A stretch of 63,993 bases of DNA, counting the filler, from Globobulimina sp. (lineage: Eukaryota), in assembly GCA_003354225.1 (NCBI GenBank). It is 8 parts of 8 records of this genome, joined end to end, with 100 filler letters (N's around TTAATTAATTAA, not from the genome) between each part and the next. Parts side by side here need not be neighbours in the genome. Positions count along the whole stretch, not along the records: positions 48,279 to 56,191 come from PIVH01000110.1; positions 56,292 to 63,993 come from PIVH01000128.1; 6 more parts are not named here. One strand, written 5' to 3'. A model generated the notes under the pieces. It worked only from the letters and a program-made list of their open reading frames with translations, did not search any database and was not told the origin of the DNA. The stretch's first letter is position 1, and the number at the start of each line of letters is the position of its first letter. The translations under genes were made by a program, and so were the position numbers. Of the stretch, positions 48,392-59,687 are shown piece after piece.

Positions 48392-48452
48392 TTAAAACTA
48401 TAAAATATTTAAAACTATAAAATATAAATAAAAAAGGAAGAGGGAGGGCGGG

Positions 48453-48765
48453 AAACGAAAAAACTTTTAACTGATTCTAAAAAACTTGAAGAAGACTTAA
48501 AAATAAACAAACAAATATAGAATAAGATAATATAATTAATTATGAATCTCTCCCATAAAACCCTTGTTCCACGAATACAACATTGTGTTTTAGATCGAAA
48601 TAAAATTAATATGGAGTGAGATCACAGAGGAAATGAATAAGCGAATAAATCGAATGATGGGAACTTGTGTGTAATGGTAACTCGTTATCGGTTGGGAAAA
48701 TTTCATTGAAATTTAATATTACATTGTTATTGGTTGACAAAGAAAGAGAAACCAATAACAAAATA
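48453..48765 (-). repeat. Split direct repeat A2 (copy of A1 at 55880-56191)
   Basis: About 312 nt with roughly 10 differences counted by eye. It shares 47 nt with repeat B. Confidence 0.92.
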
Positions 48766-48848
48766 TACAAACTTGATATAACTAATAACATACATCAACA
48801 TACAAATAACTAACATACTATAATAAAATATCCCTTCCGTGTAATACA

Positions 48849-50176
48849 TTAATTGTTTAATAATCCTAATTTTGTTTTAGAGTTATACTTATTCATAAAA
48901 TAATTCTCTTCTTCTTCATCAAAATCAAATTTGTCAATAACATCAAATTTGTCAATATACTTTGAATTAAAATAAATATGACATAACTTATTCATTTCCC
49001 CTTCCGTGTGATTTACATAAATATAAAATGAGTCTTTTAAAAACCATCTGCCGACCCATGCAATTAAACCTTTATCTACACCACATCGAGTTAATTGTGA
49101 TGCAAATCCTTTGCGTAAACCATGGGGTTTACCTAAACGAGAAGCTTGAAAAAAGCCGACATATTTAATCAATTTCTGATATATAATTCGAAATTTGTCA
49201 GTGGTCATCGGTACTTTTTTATGTTGCAATAAAAATGATTTCTTATTCCAAATATAACATTTTGGAAATTTCTTGGATAAACTGGATAAAGTGTGATATA
49301 AATCAAATAACATTAAAGCTGGATCAATATTATGATTTGATCTGCCAATCAGTACAAAGGCTGAATGTCCTGTATTGCGCATCTTGCTATTTTGAATATT
49401 AATTTGTATGCTATGAAGAGTCTGTGAATTAAGTGAAATATTATCAGGAATAATGGTAATCTCTCCTGATATTGATATACTTTTATGAAAAATTGTAATA
49501 TCACATTTGCGAATACCATATGAGTTATTTTTCTTGTCAATCGGATGTAGGACCTCACCAATGCGCATACCTGTGACTGCCATAATATTTACGCCCGTTA
49601 ATGCCATTCTTATCGGCATACAAATTTTGTAAAATAATATCTCTTCCTTCACAATAAGAAAGAATTTTGATTTTTGTCTAAAAATAATTGAATTATGATT
49701 GGATTTGCAATATAATAAATCATTTGTTACTTTATTATTAAATCTGATTAAATGTTGTTTAGTAAATGGTAATGCTGCATTATTCGGATTTGATTTATTC
49801 TGTTTCTTGCAATGACTGATAATGCTCATTAAAGCAGGATTTTCTGACCAAGATGTTGGAGTTAATGCTAATTTATTATAATGATCAATTGCTGCTAATT
49901 TGTATCTAATCGTATTGTAACAATTTGGTTTTGTCAAAATCATCGCCCAATGAACTATACAAATAATAAGATTGATATCTGGAGTGGGAAACGTTAGTAT
50001 TTCGGACTTAGAAAATCCTAAATTCGTCAATGTGTTACAATAAATATAAAAATTAGATTCATATGTTTCTGATGTGGATAATTTAATGCCTCTCTTTAAT
50101 GTTTTGTTGTAACCAATGGCATGAAGAGGTAGACGGTCCCATATTTGATGTGTATATATATGATTTTTGCAACGAC
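48849..50176 (-). CDS. Tyrosine recombinase (frame open to ~50234 without ATG; candidate splice acceptor 50178-50177)
   Basis: Catalytic R-HxxR-W-Y set: GMRIGEV, HGLRKG, VGRW and FYIYV. The N-terminal STSETY motif lies upstream of the listed TTG start. Confidence 0.9.
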
Positions 50177-50255
50177 CTATAATGATATAAAAAGCAATAA
50201 ATTGTGATTTAAAAAATGTACAAATGATATAAAATTACATGTGATATGAGTTGAA

Positions 50256-52141
50256 TTATAATAATGACAAATCTGGATATATAAACGGTGTTGGTTTGCT
50301 ATCAATTTTTATGCGTGATTCATGACAAAATTGTACAAAATCTTGTATTCCAAAACGAGATAATGCATCTGATAAAGTATTATCCTTTGATTTAATATAT
50401 ACAATTTTTGCTTTTATTTTATGTTCAAAGCAAAACCAACACGTCCAACGTACACAATCCATTAAGAAAATGTCGTTTGTGTTTTTGCTGATAAATATAC
50501 CTTCACATGTTTTATTATCGCATCTTATGATTAATGAACAACTTTCAATGAAGAATGATTTAAATGTATTTAATGCTGCCACAATGGCTAAAGCTTCAAA
50601 ATGTGCTATATGCTGTTCTTGTGAATGAATTGTAATCTTATTATCATCCAAGAATTTATGATAGAAATTTAAATATGTACTGGGGACCTGATCGAATGCC
50701 CATTTACCTTCAAAAAATGCACCAATACCTGGCTGCCATTTAGGTTTTTCACCATTGGTTGCTCCATCCGTATATAGTAAGAATTCTTTTTTGTTGCGAG
50801 TTCCAATTACATCGTAGACACTGACTCTGTCACATTTATAAGCGTATAATACCCAGAATTTCGCATCTTTGATATCATTGTCATCAAAGTTAAGTAAATG
50901 TGATTCCTCACCATATTCACGTTTATGTAAAGTTAGTTTCATGCGAAATCGACGTAGGAAGGCAGTACCAGGCCACATTAAGGCTGCCATCCATGTTAAT
51001 GATCCTAATAAGGATTCAAATCTATCACTCATAAGCCTGTGATAACAAATAATGATTATTAATAATAGTAATACCTTCTTCTTTTTAATCGGTCCAGGTC
51101 CCACTGTCATGTCTGAAGAATCATATATTAGGCCACAGATTTCCATGATCCATGACAATAACTTCCTTTTTTCAACCTTCTCAATGTAGCCGCATGAATG
51201 TAAGAATTGAAAGAAAAGATTCATTATATTTGTTTCTCTGCGTCTATTTGACGTTAAATCCGATTTAATAAAACCAACATGGTCATCAATATAAACTGCG
51301 TTGATAATTAATTCATTGGATAATAGAAATGATTTAATCCATACTTGGAAGGCTGCAATAATAGTTTCACCGAATTCTTGTGTGTGTTTCGATGCTGATT
51401 TTGATCCGTAAATATCTCTCGTGTCACAAAATTGAACATTGAAGAATTTGTAACCCATAAAGTGCCAGTCTTCCTTTGCAATGCCTAACTGACGAAAAGC
51501 ATCACTTCCATCTGTCTTGAACATCAAACAGAATTTGCCTGCTCTAATCATGAAATTGCAGAATGATTTGCATAAAGGAACATTCATTTTGTAATCAATT
51601 GGATGTGTTAATTCATTGATGTTATATGTCCAATACGAGGAATATGACGCATGACGACATATTCTGGCTTTACTATATCGCTGCGTCCACAGTGTTAATG
51701 GACCTCCAGTGATTTTATCGACAGCTACGATCTGTATAAAATTCTCAATTAAGGAATTATGTCCCAATAAGATGCCTGCTGGACCTACTTGTCCTGCTTC
51801 AACAGCACCAGCAAAGTTGGCACCTATCTCTATCTTTTCTAAAATTGTAAAGTCTTTCATGATTTTGACCTGTTTATTCATTGGTAAACCATCGGGATTA
51901 ATGCCTAACTTCCATCCATGTTTTACATTGTGTATGATTTGATATACTAAGTTCTTCAAAGTGCGATTGCTGCGTGGGATGTGATTGTATAATTGATTGA
52001 AACTGTGAAGAATGAATTCTTTGCATGGCGATTGTAAATATTTAGGCAATTGATATCGAAATTGATTTAGAGCTAATTGGAGACGTTTACGTACTATGTC
52101 CCATAAAAATAAATTCCAGATTGTCGGATTAGTACTCAATT
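50256..52141 (-). CDS. Reverse transcriptase - RNase H (DIRS-type)
   Basis: RT motifs KTDGSDAFRQ, YGSKSA and VYIDD; RNase H motifs LYTDGA, IAHFEALAI, IRCDN and NTLSDALSR. Confidence 0.93.
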
Positions 52142-52978
52142 CTTTACAATCACATGTAATTTATATCAGTATATGCAAATTGTGAATCAATGAGAGATAA
52201 ATGAATGTAAAATATAAACACGTTAGATATACACAAAAAGTTCTTGTTTTTTCAATGTTACTGGTTACACATTGATGGATAAAGAACGATACCCAAATTC
52301 GTGATGATTCATTATTATAATAAAACGATTATTGTAATAACAATGGAGCAGGAATCATACCCCAAGTATTAAATGGTATACAGATAATACCAAATCTGTT
52401 TTAATGTTAATGCATGAATCTAAAAGTAAATATAGTAAAATAATGATAAAAATAACGATATTTGCATGAGACATCATATGTGTACGGAAACATATGTGTC
52501 TTTGTAATAAATTGTGTGATATCTATATAGGATCATTGTGTGGTAATAGTGACTTTGTGACTGTCACGAATGATGATATTGAGAGTTATAATCCTTATAT
52601 GTATCATAAATCAATATAAAGCACCATAAAATACTCGTTCTTCTGATAAAAATACAGGTGCGCTCTCAAAAACATTTGAGTGACTCTAAAAATTTTTTGC
52701 TTGACGTGTAAGTTTCGGCGATCAAGAATGAGAAATATAAAATTTAAACTAATTGACAAATATTATTGTAATATAATACACAATGTTAAATACATCAATT
52801 TATAATACGAGGATATGTGATAGAAATATACAAATTCATTCAATGCATCATATAATAATGTATTGAGTAATCAAAATCAAGCATAGATTTATCAAAATAA
52901 AGTATAGGATATAAACATAAGGGATATTAAAATAAATGTAAATATATGTGAATAAAATTAAATCTGTGATGTTAATGT

Positions 52979-55807
52979 CTATCGACCACCATATCCATGA
53001 ACGTTTCCACGACTCAAACTCTTGCAATTCTCACTTGTGTGTTCATTGACGACATAGCAATGTCTACACATGTGATGGTAATCGCATTTTGCATGGTCAT
53101 TGGCAAAATAACAATTACCTCTTTCATTATGTCTACAAATATGTAGACTTAACTCAGGACCACCATATAAACGCCCATTCTCATTTTTGTATACGGCTAA
53201 TTTCTTTGCGTTGGCAGGTCGACCACGAAGACCTAAGGGAATGTGCGCATCATTGGCTTTCCCTCTCTTTGGAATCGGAGCTGAACTGAAATCTCGGCGA
53301 TAAGTATTGCGTCTTTGTTGTAACTGTGGTCTTTGCGAAATCGGTGGTTGTAATTGATGCGGTCTTTGAGCATAATGTTGTTGTGTTTGAGGTGGATTTG
53401 GGTTAAATCCATTGTTCTGAAATGCACATTGTAGTCTCGGCTGATTACGATAATTCTGAGTATTTTGTTGGTGGTTGTTTCGATAACGAGATCCTCGATA
53501 TCTTCCACCATTGTAGCCACCTCGAAATGTGTTGTTTCTTTGATTGTTACGCCTCCGATTATACGTATTTACTCTGTTTGCGTTGTAGTTGTTGTTATCA
53601 GTGTTGGAGGAAGTGTTGCCATCATAGTTGGCCCTTTTGTTGGCGACGTTTGCTTTGCTGATTTTGTTTACTGCGTTGTTGAAAGTTCGCGTTTCAACGG
53701 TGTTCTCATGTTCTTTTGCCATGATTTCCATTTTCCACGTATTGTAAAGGAATTTGCTGTTCATTGCCATCAATACGACGCTGCCACTTTCACGAAATGC
53801 TTTCCTTCTTTGTAATAATAAATAATTGATCGCTTTCATGCCACTCTCTCCACGTAAATAATGCCGTAAATTGTTGTCAATGAAACGACTGAATTCCTTC
53901 CATTGAATCGCTTGAATGTATAAATAAATGCTAATTTTGATGGATTTGATCGTTGTGCCCCGTTTCTTGTGTTCATCAGAGAGTGTATTGATGGCATCGC
54001 CTATCATTCGAACGAATTTGTACGGAGCATCTTCTTGTTTCAGAAACGATTTAATGCACGAATCGATGTTAAAATGTGATACGCTCCAATTTAATTCGCC
54101 ACATAATGCGAGATATCTCAATAAACTCATTACGTCACTGCCTCCCTCAGTGCATAAGTCAAAAAATGCAATCCTTGCAAATATTTTCTTGGCATTTGAT
54201 ACATTTCCCGTCGATTCTTTGTCTAAATCTGCCATTTCTTTCTTGTATTTCTCATACAAAATCATATCTGAATACGTATAATGATTAATAAATGTAATGA
54301 TGTGATGAATAAAAATGAATAATGAGATGTAACATATTTGCTGAGTCATTATGATAACACAAAATACTGCAAACTCACAGTATGTACAAACCAGTGACGC
54401 AGTCAAACGATGACTGAAAGAGAGACAGAAAAAGCACAACGAGCACAACAACGTAAACATACTGTTCATGAGATATTTTTGAATGTCTTTCTCCATTACT
54501 TTGCCGCCACTGTATTTCTTGACAATTTCTTCTGAATGAATTTGATCAATTTGGTCTTCAATACCTGGATGAAAGAAATCTAAACCAGGCGCTAAGGCCG
54601 CTTTATTCGACGAATTGACTGCATTTCGGACTTCATTCTCAATGTTACTCACATTGTTAACCAATGTGGTCGAATGATGCTCTGCCGCTTTGTCCACATT
54701 TGCTTCATAATCTTTTTTCTTTTGCGCACGTATTTTGGCCTCCAATTCTTGTTTTTGTTTCTTACGATTTAATCTTTGTAAAACACTCAGTGAAGAATTG
54801 GAATTGTCATCGTCGTGTTCGACGTCACCTAAATCTGATAATTGCCTTTGCCATGCTACGATATCTACGGAATTCTCCTTCATTTCAGTGTCAGTGTCGA
54901 CACCTTCATCGTGTTCAGCGCGCGAAGACTCTGTATCTTTCTTATTCGAATCTGATGTGTCATTATCTTTCATGTCCGCAATTAATTTGTTCGGATCTAA
55001 GATCGCCTCTTTATATGCATCAAAAGTGTCGGCTGCGTTAATATTTTCTTGTAATTTCTGGATCCAATCTTCTAAGCCTTTCCAGTTAATTTCAAATGTA
55101 TTGATTTTATATTGAACTTTGGATTTATGTAAACCAAAATCAATCCCTTCATACATCTCGAGAGCCGGAGTGTTGTTAATGGTAATCTTTCGATCACCAT
55201 TTGTTAGCCATTGATTCCATGATTTAATGGCAATGCGTGCTACAAATGATGCTAACTCAATGAATTCCGCAGTCCCCGATGGATTTGGATGAGATGCGGA
55301 TCCTTTTAATGTTTTTAATAATGTGTCAATGAGATTTAATGTGGGATAATCGAGAGTTTCTTCCAAGAAAATCTCTAATTTCGCGTCAAAAACGTTGAGA
55401 ACGTTTGCTTTAATCATTTCAATCATGCCCCAACATTTTATTTGTCCCATTTCAGGAACGACTCGGCCATTCGCATCGGATTGACCCCATAAAGGATCTT
55501 CCGGATCATCCACGATTAATGTTCCTTGCACGCATTTTCGTAATGTCCTGTAATCCGTGGGAACACCTCCTGTGACTATTTTGTATGCAATTTTCTCAAT
55601 TTGCTCCTCTCTCTTCTTAAATTCGTTGAATTTAATGAGTAATTCAATGTCATCATAGAATTCCAAGAGCGCATCATAAATAGATGTATTTGGTTCTGCT
55701 TGTGCTGGAGCATGAGGTAAACGAATAGATGCAACGATACTATTCGCAATGACTCTTTTCATATTGGTGCTGCGAAGAGCATTCCCAATATTGATTGATA
55801 CCGACAT
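52979..55807 (-). CDS. gag: Gag-like ORF1 with C-terminal Cys/His finger; contains a predicted in-frame 195-nt intron (54462-54268)
   Basis: Coiled coil, N/R/Q-rich tract and terminal CRHNERGNC..C..HHMCRHC..H....C finger typical of DIRS/Ngaro ORF1. Confidence 0.85.
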   Translation of the reverse strand: MSVSINIGNALRSTNMKRVIANSIVASIRLPHAPAQAEPNTSIYDALLEFYDDIELLIKFNEFKKREEQIEKIAYKIVTGGVPTDYRTLRKCVQGTLIVDDPEDPLWGQSDANGRVVPEMGQIKCWGMIEMIKANVLNVFDAKLEIFLEETLDYPTLNLIDTLLKTLKGSASHPNPSGTAEFIELASFVARIAIKSWNQWLTNGDRKITINNTPALEMYEGIDFGLHKSKVQYKINTFEINWKGLEDWIQKLQENINAADTFDAYKEAILDPNKLIADMKDNDTSDSNKKDTESSRAEHDEGVDTDTEMKENSVDIVAWQRQLSDLGDVEHDDDNSNSSLSVLQRLNRKKQKQELEAKIRAQKKKDYEANVDKAAEHHSTTLVNNVSNIENEVRNAVNSSNKAALAPGLDFFHPGIEDQIDQIHSEEIVKKYSGGKVMEKDIQKYLMNSMFTLLCSLCFFCLSFSHRLTASLVCTYCEFAVFCVIIMTQQICYISLFIFIHHIITFINHYTYSDMILYEKYKKEMADLDKESTGNVSNAKKIFARIAFFDLCTEGGSDVMSLLRYLALCGELNWSVSHFNIDSCIKSFLKQEDAPYKFVRMIGDAINTLSDEHKKRGTTIKSIKISIYLYIQAIQWKEFSRFIDNNLRHYLRGESGMKAINYLLLQRRKAFRESGSVVLMAMNSKFLYNTWKMEIMAKEHENTVETRTFNNAVNKISKANVANKRANYDGNTSSNTDNNNYNANRVNTYNRRRNNQRNNTFRGGYNGGRYRGSRYRNNHQQNTQNYRNQPRLQCAFQNNGFNPNPPQTQQHYAQRPHQLQPPISQRPQLQQRRNTYRRDFSSAPIPKRGKANDAHIPLGLRGRPANAKKLAVYKNENGRLYGGPELSLHICRHNERGNCYFANDHAKCDYHHMCRHCYVVNEHTSENCKSLSRGNVHGYGGR

Positions 55808-55879
55808 CACTTGATGTAAACTTGTTTCTTGTTTTGTTTGTTTCTTGTTTTGTTTTGTTTGTTTGCTTACTTATTGAAA

Positions 55880-56191
55880 AAACGAAAAACTTTTAACTGA
55901 TTCTAAAAAACTTGAAAAAGACTTAAATATAAACAAACAAATATATAATAATATAATATGATTAATTATGAATCTCTCCCATAAAACCCTTGTTCCACGA
56001 ATACAACATTGTGTTTTAGATCGAAATAAAATTAATATGAAGTGAGATCACTGAGGAAATGAATAAGCGAATAAATCTAATGATGGGAACTCGTGTGTAA
56101 TGGTAACTCGTTATCGGTTGGGAAAATTTCATTGAAATTTAATATTACATTGTTATTGGTTGACAAAGAAAGAGAAACCAATAACAAAATA
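55880..56191 (-). repeat. Split direct repeat A1 (5' terminal repeat)
   Basis: Matches 48453-48765. Confidence 0.92.
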
Positions 56192-56291
56192 NNNNNNNNN
56201 NNNNNNNNNNNNNNNNNNNNNNNNNNNNNNNNNNNTTAATTAATTAANNNNNNNNNNNNNNNNNNNNNNNNNNNNNNNNNNNNNNNNNNNN
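56192..56291. other. Artificial contig linker
   Basis: 44 N + TTAATTAATTAA + 44 N. Confidence 0.98.
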
Positions 56292-56866
56292 AGAAGAAAT
56301 AATAAATATGTTTCTGACATACCAGATGTAAGTGATCTTGTGATGGTTGGAATAGATAAAGCTACTACAGACATTATCGCAACGTAGAACATATTGCTCT
56401 TATTGTGAATTTGAATTCGGAGGTTTGCGAGATGGTAAATGCGGTTATGCGCACGAAACACCAGTTAGTGCATGCAGCTGCAATGGGAAAAGCGAATTTT
56501 TTGAGCTTCCCATGGGTTTTGCTTCCCATGGAGCTAGTTGGATTTATTTGGAAAAAAAAGAAGAAAAGGAAAAAAAGTTCCTTTAAACTTCTTTATATTT
56601 TTACATAAAGTACTTCACTATGTTCTGTGTTTGTCTTGGGTTTGTTCTGTGTTTGCTATTTCATGCTGGAAACACAAATAGTGTTGGAATATACCAAACA
56701 TCAACAACAACATAGAAAGCATTGCCAACAACAACATAATCGATGACAACCATGTCAATTGCCTGCTATAAGTATTGTTGCCATTATATTTAAGGTTTAC
56801 TAAAGTAACTAAACTCTTTTTCATCAAAACACTCATCTTTCAAACACTCTAACAAAGCAAACAAAT

Positions 56867-58237
56867 ATGTTGATATACCCAAATCCAGACCAATATCAAA
56901 TGAGTCATGATCATAATGAGAAAACTCTAAATAATAGTTCCAATACAACCAGCTATAAATATGTGACAATCAAACTGATTGGTTCGGGCACATTTGGTGA
57001 GATTTGGAATGTGATTGAAAAATATGATGTGAATAAATGCCACCAAAAACAGAGTCAATACGCAATAAAAATGATTAAAAATGAAATTAACATAAATTGT
57101 AATATAAATCGTAGAAAGAAATATGAACAAATATTTGTGAATGAAGGTAAACGAGTTTTACATTTAAATAAGATTCCAACTGTAGAAGTTGGCAAACATT
57201 TCATTATTAAATGTAAAGAATTATTGTATTGTACAAGTGCGAATAATCCGATATTGCATTTATTGCCATTGCCATTGATTGGACCATGTCTTGTGATGGA
57301 ATTATGCGGTTATTCATTATCACAATATATGAGGTTTCATGAATGTACAAATACAAAAATGTCTTTATCGACAATTCGCTGCATTTCAGTCCAGATATTG
57401 TTTGCAATGTCTTTCCTTCATGGAATTGGTGAATGTATACATTCGGATTTAAAACCAGATAATATCTTAATTAATTATGGGGATTGTTACAATGTGCAAA
57501 CAAATGAGAAAATATTATCAAAAAGTCCACAGATAAAAATCGTAGACTTTGGCAATGCCATTGATATTAATAGGCATAAAAAATTAAAATCATTCCAACT
57601 CCAATCATTATGGTATCGATCACCTGAAGTTTTACTGGGAAATTCTGAAGAAATTTCGCCATTAATTGATATGTGGAGTATTGGCTGTATTTTATTTGAA
57701 TTAAGTTCGTTGAATAAATTGAATAAAAGAAAACGTTTGTTTACAGCGAATAAACTTAATCCAGCACATGTTGTGTATAAAATAAGTGCGGAATTATGTA
57801 GATTTCCACATTATGTCTATAATCCACATAAATCATTCCATTATGATCATTATATCAATGATATTCAAATTAGCAATGAATCATCATATCTTAAATTAAA
57901 AAATGAGCGAAAATTACAATTAATTAATAATTTACAATCGAAAATTAACATTAATAAAGAATTTAGGTATTTGATTGATTTATTATCAGCTTTGTTAGAT
58001 TTAAATCCATTCACAAGATATACGTCTGAAGATGCCATAAGACATAAGTTTATTGTTTATAATTATACAAACAAAAATAATGAGTGTATACAAAATAAAA
58101 TCCATCCCATTATCAAATCATGTGACGATAAGCAAAGACAAAACAAAATTAATATGCAAATAAAATTAAATGAATCTGTTGTAACTAGCAACATAAGCAA
58201 ATCATTTCCGATCATCACTGCAAAACAACATTTATAA
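56867..58237 (+). CDS. CMGC protein kinase, DYRK/HIPK-like
   Basis: GSGTFG, YAIK, HSDLKPDNIL, IVDFG, QSLWYRSPEV and DMWSIGC motifs. Confidence 0.9.
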   Translation: MLIYPNPDQYQMSHDHNEKTLNNSSNTTSYKYVTIKLIGSGTFGEIWNVIEKYDVNKCHQKQSQYAIKMIKNEININCNINRRKKYEQIFVNEGKRVLHLNKIPTVEVGKHFIIKCKELLYCTSANNPILHLLPLPLIGPCLVMELCGYSLSQYMRFHECTNTKMSLSTIRCISVQILFAMSFLHGIGECIHSDLKPDNILINYGDCYNVQTNEKILSKSPQIKIVDFGNAIDINRHKKLKSFQLQSLWYRSPEVLLGNSEEISPLIDMWSIGCILFELSSLNKLNKRKRLFTANKLNPAHVVYKISAELCRFPHYVYNPHKSFHYDHYINDIQISNESSYLKLKNERKLQLINNLQSKININKEFRYLIDLLSALLDLNPFTRYTSEDAIRHKFIVYNYTNKNNECIQNKIHPIIKSCDDKQRQNKINMQIKLNESVVTSNISKSFPIITAKQHL

Positions 58238-58578
58238 ATGTTCAAAATGTACAATGTATTAAATAAAATAATTAACATATTTTTGCCGTGTTTTAATCTG
58301 TTTTATTGTTTGTGTGCATTTGTTTATGTGCATTTGCGTTGAAAACCAAACACATTATAAAACAATATAAAATAATATCAAACATTGTAAAACTATGATC
58401 ATGACAAATTAATCAGGATTTATACAAGAAAATGCACCAAAATGACTACAACAAATAACTCAATTATTTGCAATGTTTGATACTGATGCATGAAAAGTGT
58501 TCGTTCAGTGCGATGTGGTGAGTATATATACTTGTTGGTTATCAAAATGTTCACAAGAAATGAGATAATCTCAGCAGC

Positions 58579-58650
58579 GGGTCAGTGGTCTAGTGGTATG
58601 ATTCTCGTTTCGGGTGCGAGAGGCCGCGAGTTCGATTCTCGCCTGACCCC
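58579..58650 (+). tRNA. tRNA-Pro (anticodon CGG)
   Basis: Acceptor stem GGGTCAG/CTGACCC, D-arm TGGTCTAGTGGTATGA, anticodon arm CTCGT-TTCGGGT-GCGAG and T-loop TTCGATT; 72 nt with no encoded CCA. Confidence 0.95.
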
Positions 58651-59001
58651 CTTCATAATTTATGTTTTGTACGTTCAAATGTATATAGGGTGAACTTTTG
58701 ATATAATTATTATTGCACATCCAACAATATGGCCGGATTGCACCATATTTGGTTCAGTTATACTTTTTAGACAGAAACTGTTTGCTATAACTTTGTCTTA
58801 GGTTTGCAAAAGGGGGTGGGTATAATTCTATAATTTTTCGGAAAAGAGAGATAATGGCACAAGGTATACATACAGTTCACCACACAAAACAATAGTAAAT
58901 TTATTTTATTTTTAAACGAATTAGATATTCAATTTAGTGTTTCGTTCGTCTGCCAAGTTTTTTCACTTGGAAAGTCAAGTAAAGTGTGTTTTGTTTGAAA
59001 G

Positions 59002-59676
59002 ATGTCAGCGATAACAACTAGATGCGAGTTGGAGGAGTTGTTAGTGTATGGCTTTATTCATTTGTACTGCACATCGTGTGTTGTGCCAGATGCACTCAAA
59101 CAATTATGTTTTTCAATGTATTTTATTGCATTTGATACTTGGGATCTACAAAAATCACATAGTGATTTTAGCATCGATGAGAATACAAATGTATTAACAA
59201 CAATAAACCATTTAGTATTTAGCGGTTCATGGATAAACGCATTTGGATCTTTTATAATAAAAAAAGGTGAAACACAAACATGGAACATAAGAATAATGAA
59301 TAGCGCTGATGGCAGAGCGGTTATGTTCGGTATCATTGATGTCAAAGATGTGTCACATATATCTAAAGATAATTTTTTTTGTGATCCTACAACTTTTTAC
59401 AAACATTCGTCATATGCATATTACGGATATAATGGAGATAAATTTCACTCTGAAAATGGAAGAAGTAAATATGGGGCAAAGTGGAATAAGAACGATATAA
59501 TAACAATGGAATTGGATATGACTGAAACTCATAATAAGAAGCATGGTGTATTATCATTTGAAAAAAACAATGAGAGTCAAGGAATACTTGCAAATAACAT
59601 TGATCTAAATAGGCAGTATTGTATGGCTGTAGCAGTCATTTATAATGAAGTAATCGAACTGGTGCATAATAATTAA
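59002..59676 (+). CDS. SPRY/B30.2-like protein with N-terminal LV.G...P..L..LC module
   Basis: ELLVYGFIH..VPDALKQLCFSMY, TWNIRI, VMFGII, DIITMELDM and LSFEKNNESQG. Confidence 0.7.
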   Translation: MSAITTRCELEELLVYGFIHLYCTSCVVPDALKQLCFSMYFIAFDTWDLQKSHSDFSIDENTNVLTTINHLVFSGSWINAFGSFIIKKGETQTWNIRIMNSADGRAVMFGIIDVKDVSHISKDNFFCDPTTFYKHSSYAYYGYNGDKFHSENGRSKYGAKWNKNDIITMELDMTETHNKKHGVLSFEKNNESQGILANNIDLNRQYCMAVAVIYNEVIELVHNN

Positions 59677-59687
59677 GACACTACTTT

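Larger units (their letters stand above)
48279..56191 (-). mobile_element. Tyrosine-recombinase retrotransposon (DIRS order, Ngaro-like) with split direct repeats A1-gag-RT/RH-YR-B1-A2-B2
   Basis: Three uninterrupted co-oriented ORFs (gag, RT-RNase H, YR), no methyltransferase domain after RNase H, and split direct repeats. Confidence 0.92.

Noticed and set aside
7971-56291. Regularly spaced TTAATTAATTAA within N runs, about every 8 kb
   Set aside because: Artificial linkers between length-sorted contigs. No biological linkage can be inferred across them, for example between the methyltransferase gene and the retroelements.
56292-56836. Short ORFs on both strands at the start of contig 8, including a Cys-rich + frame ending at 56586
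   Set aside because: Possibly a terminal exon of a truncated gene, but frame and product cannot be supported.
58490-58693. 67-aa ORF
   Set aside because: It overlaps the tRNA-Pro gene and is a spurious translation.
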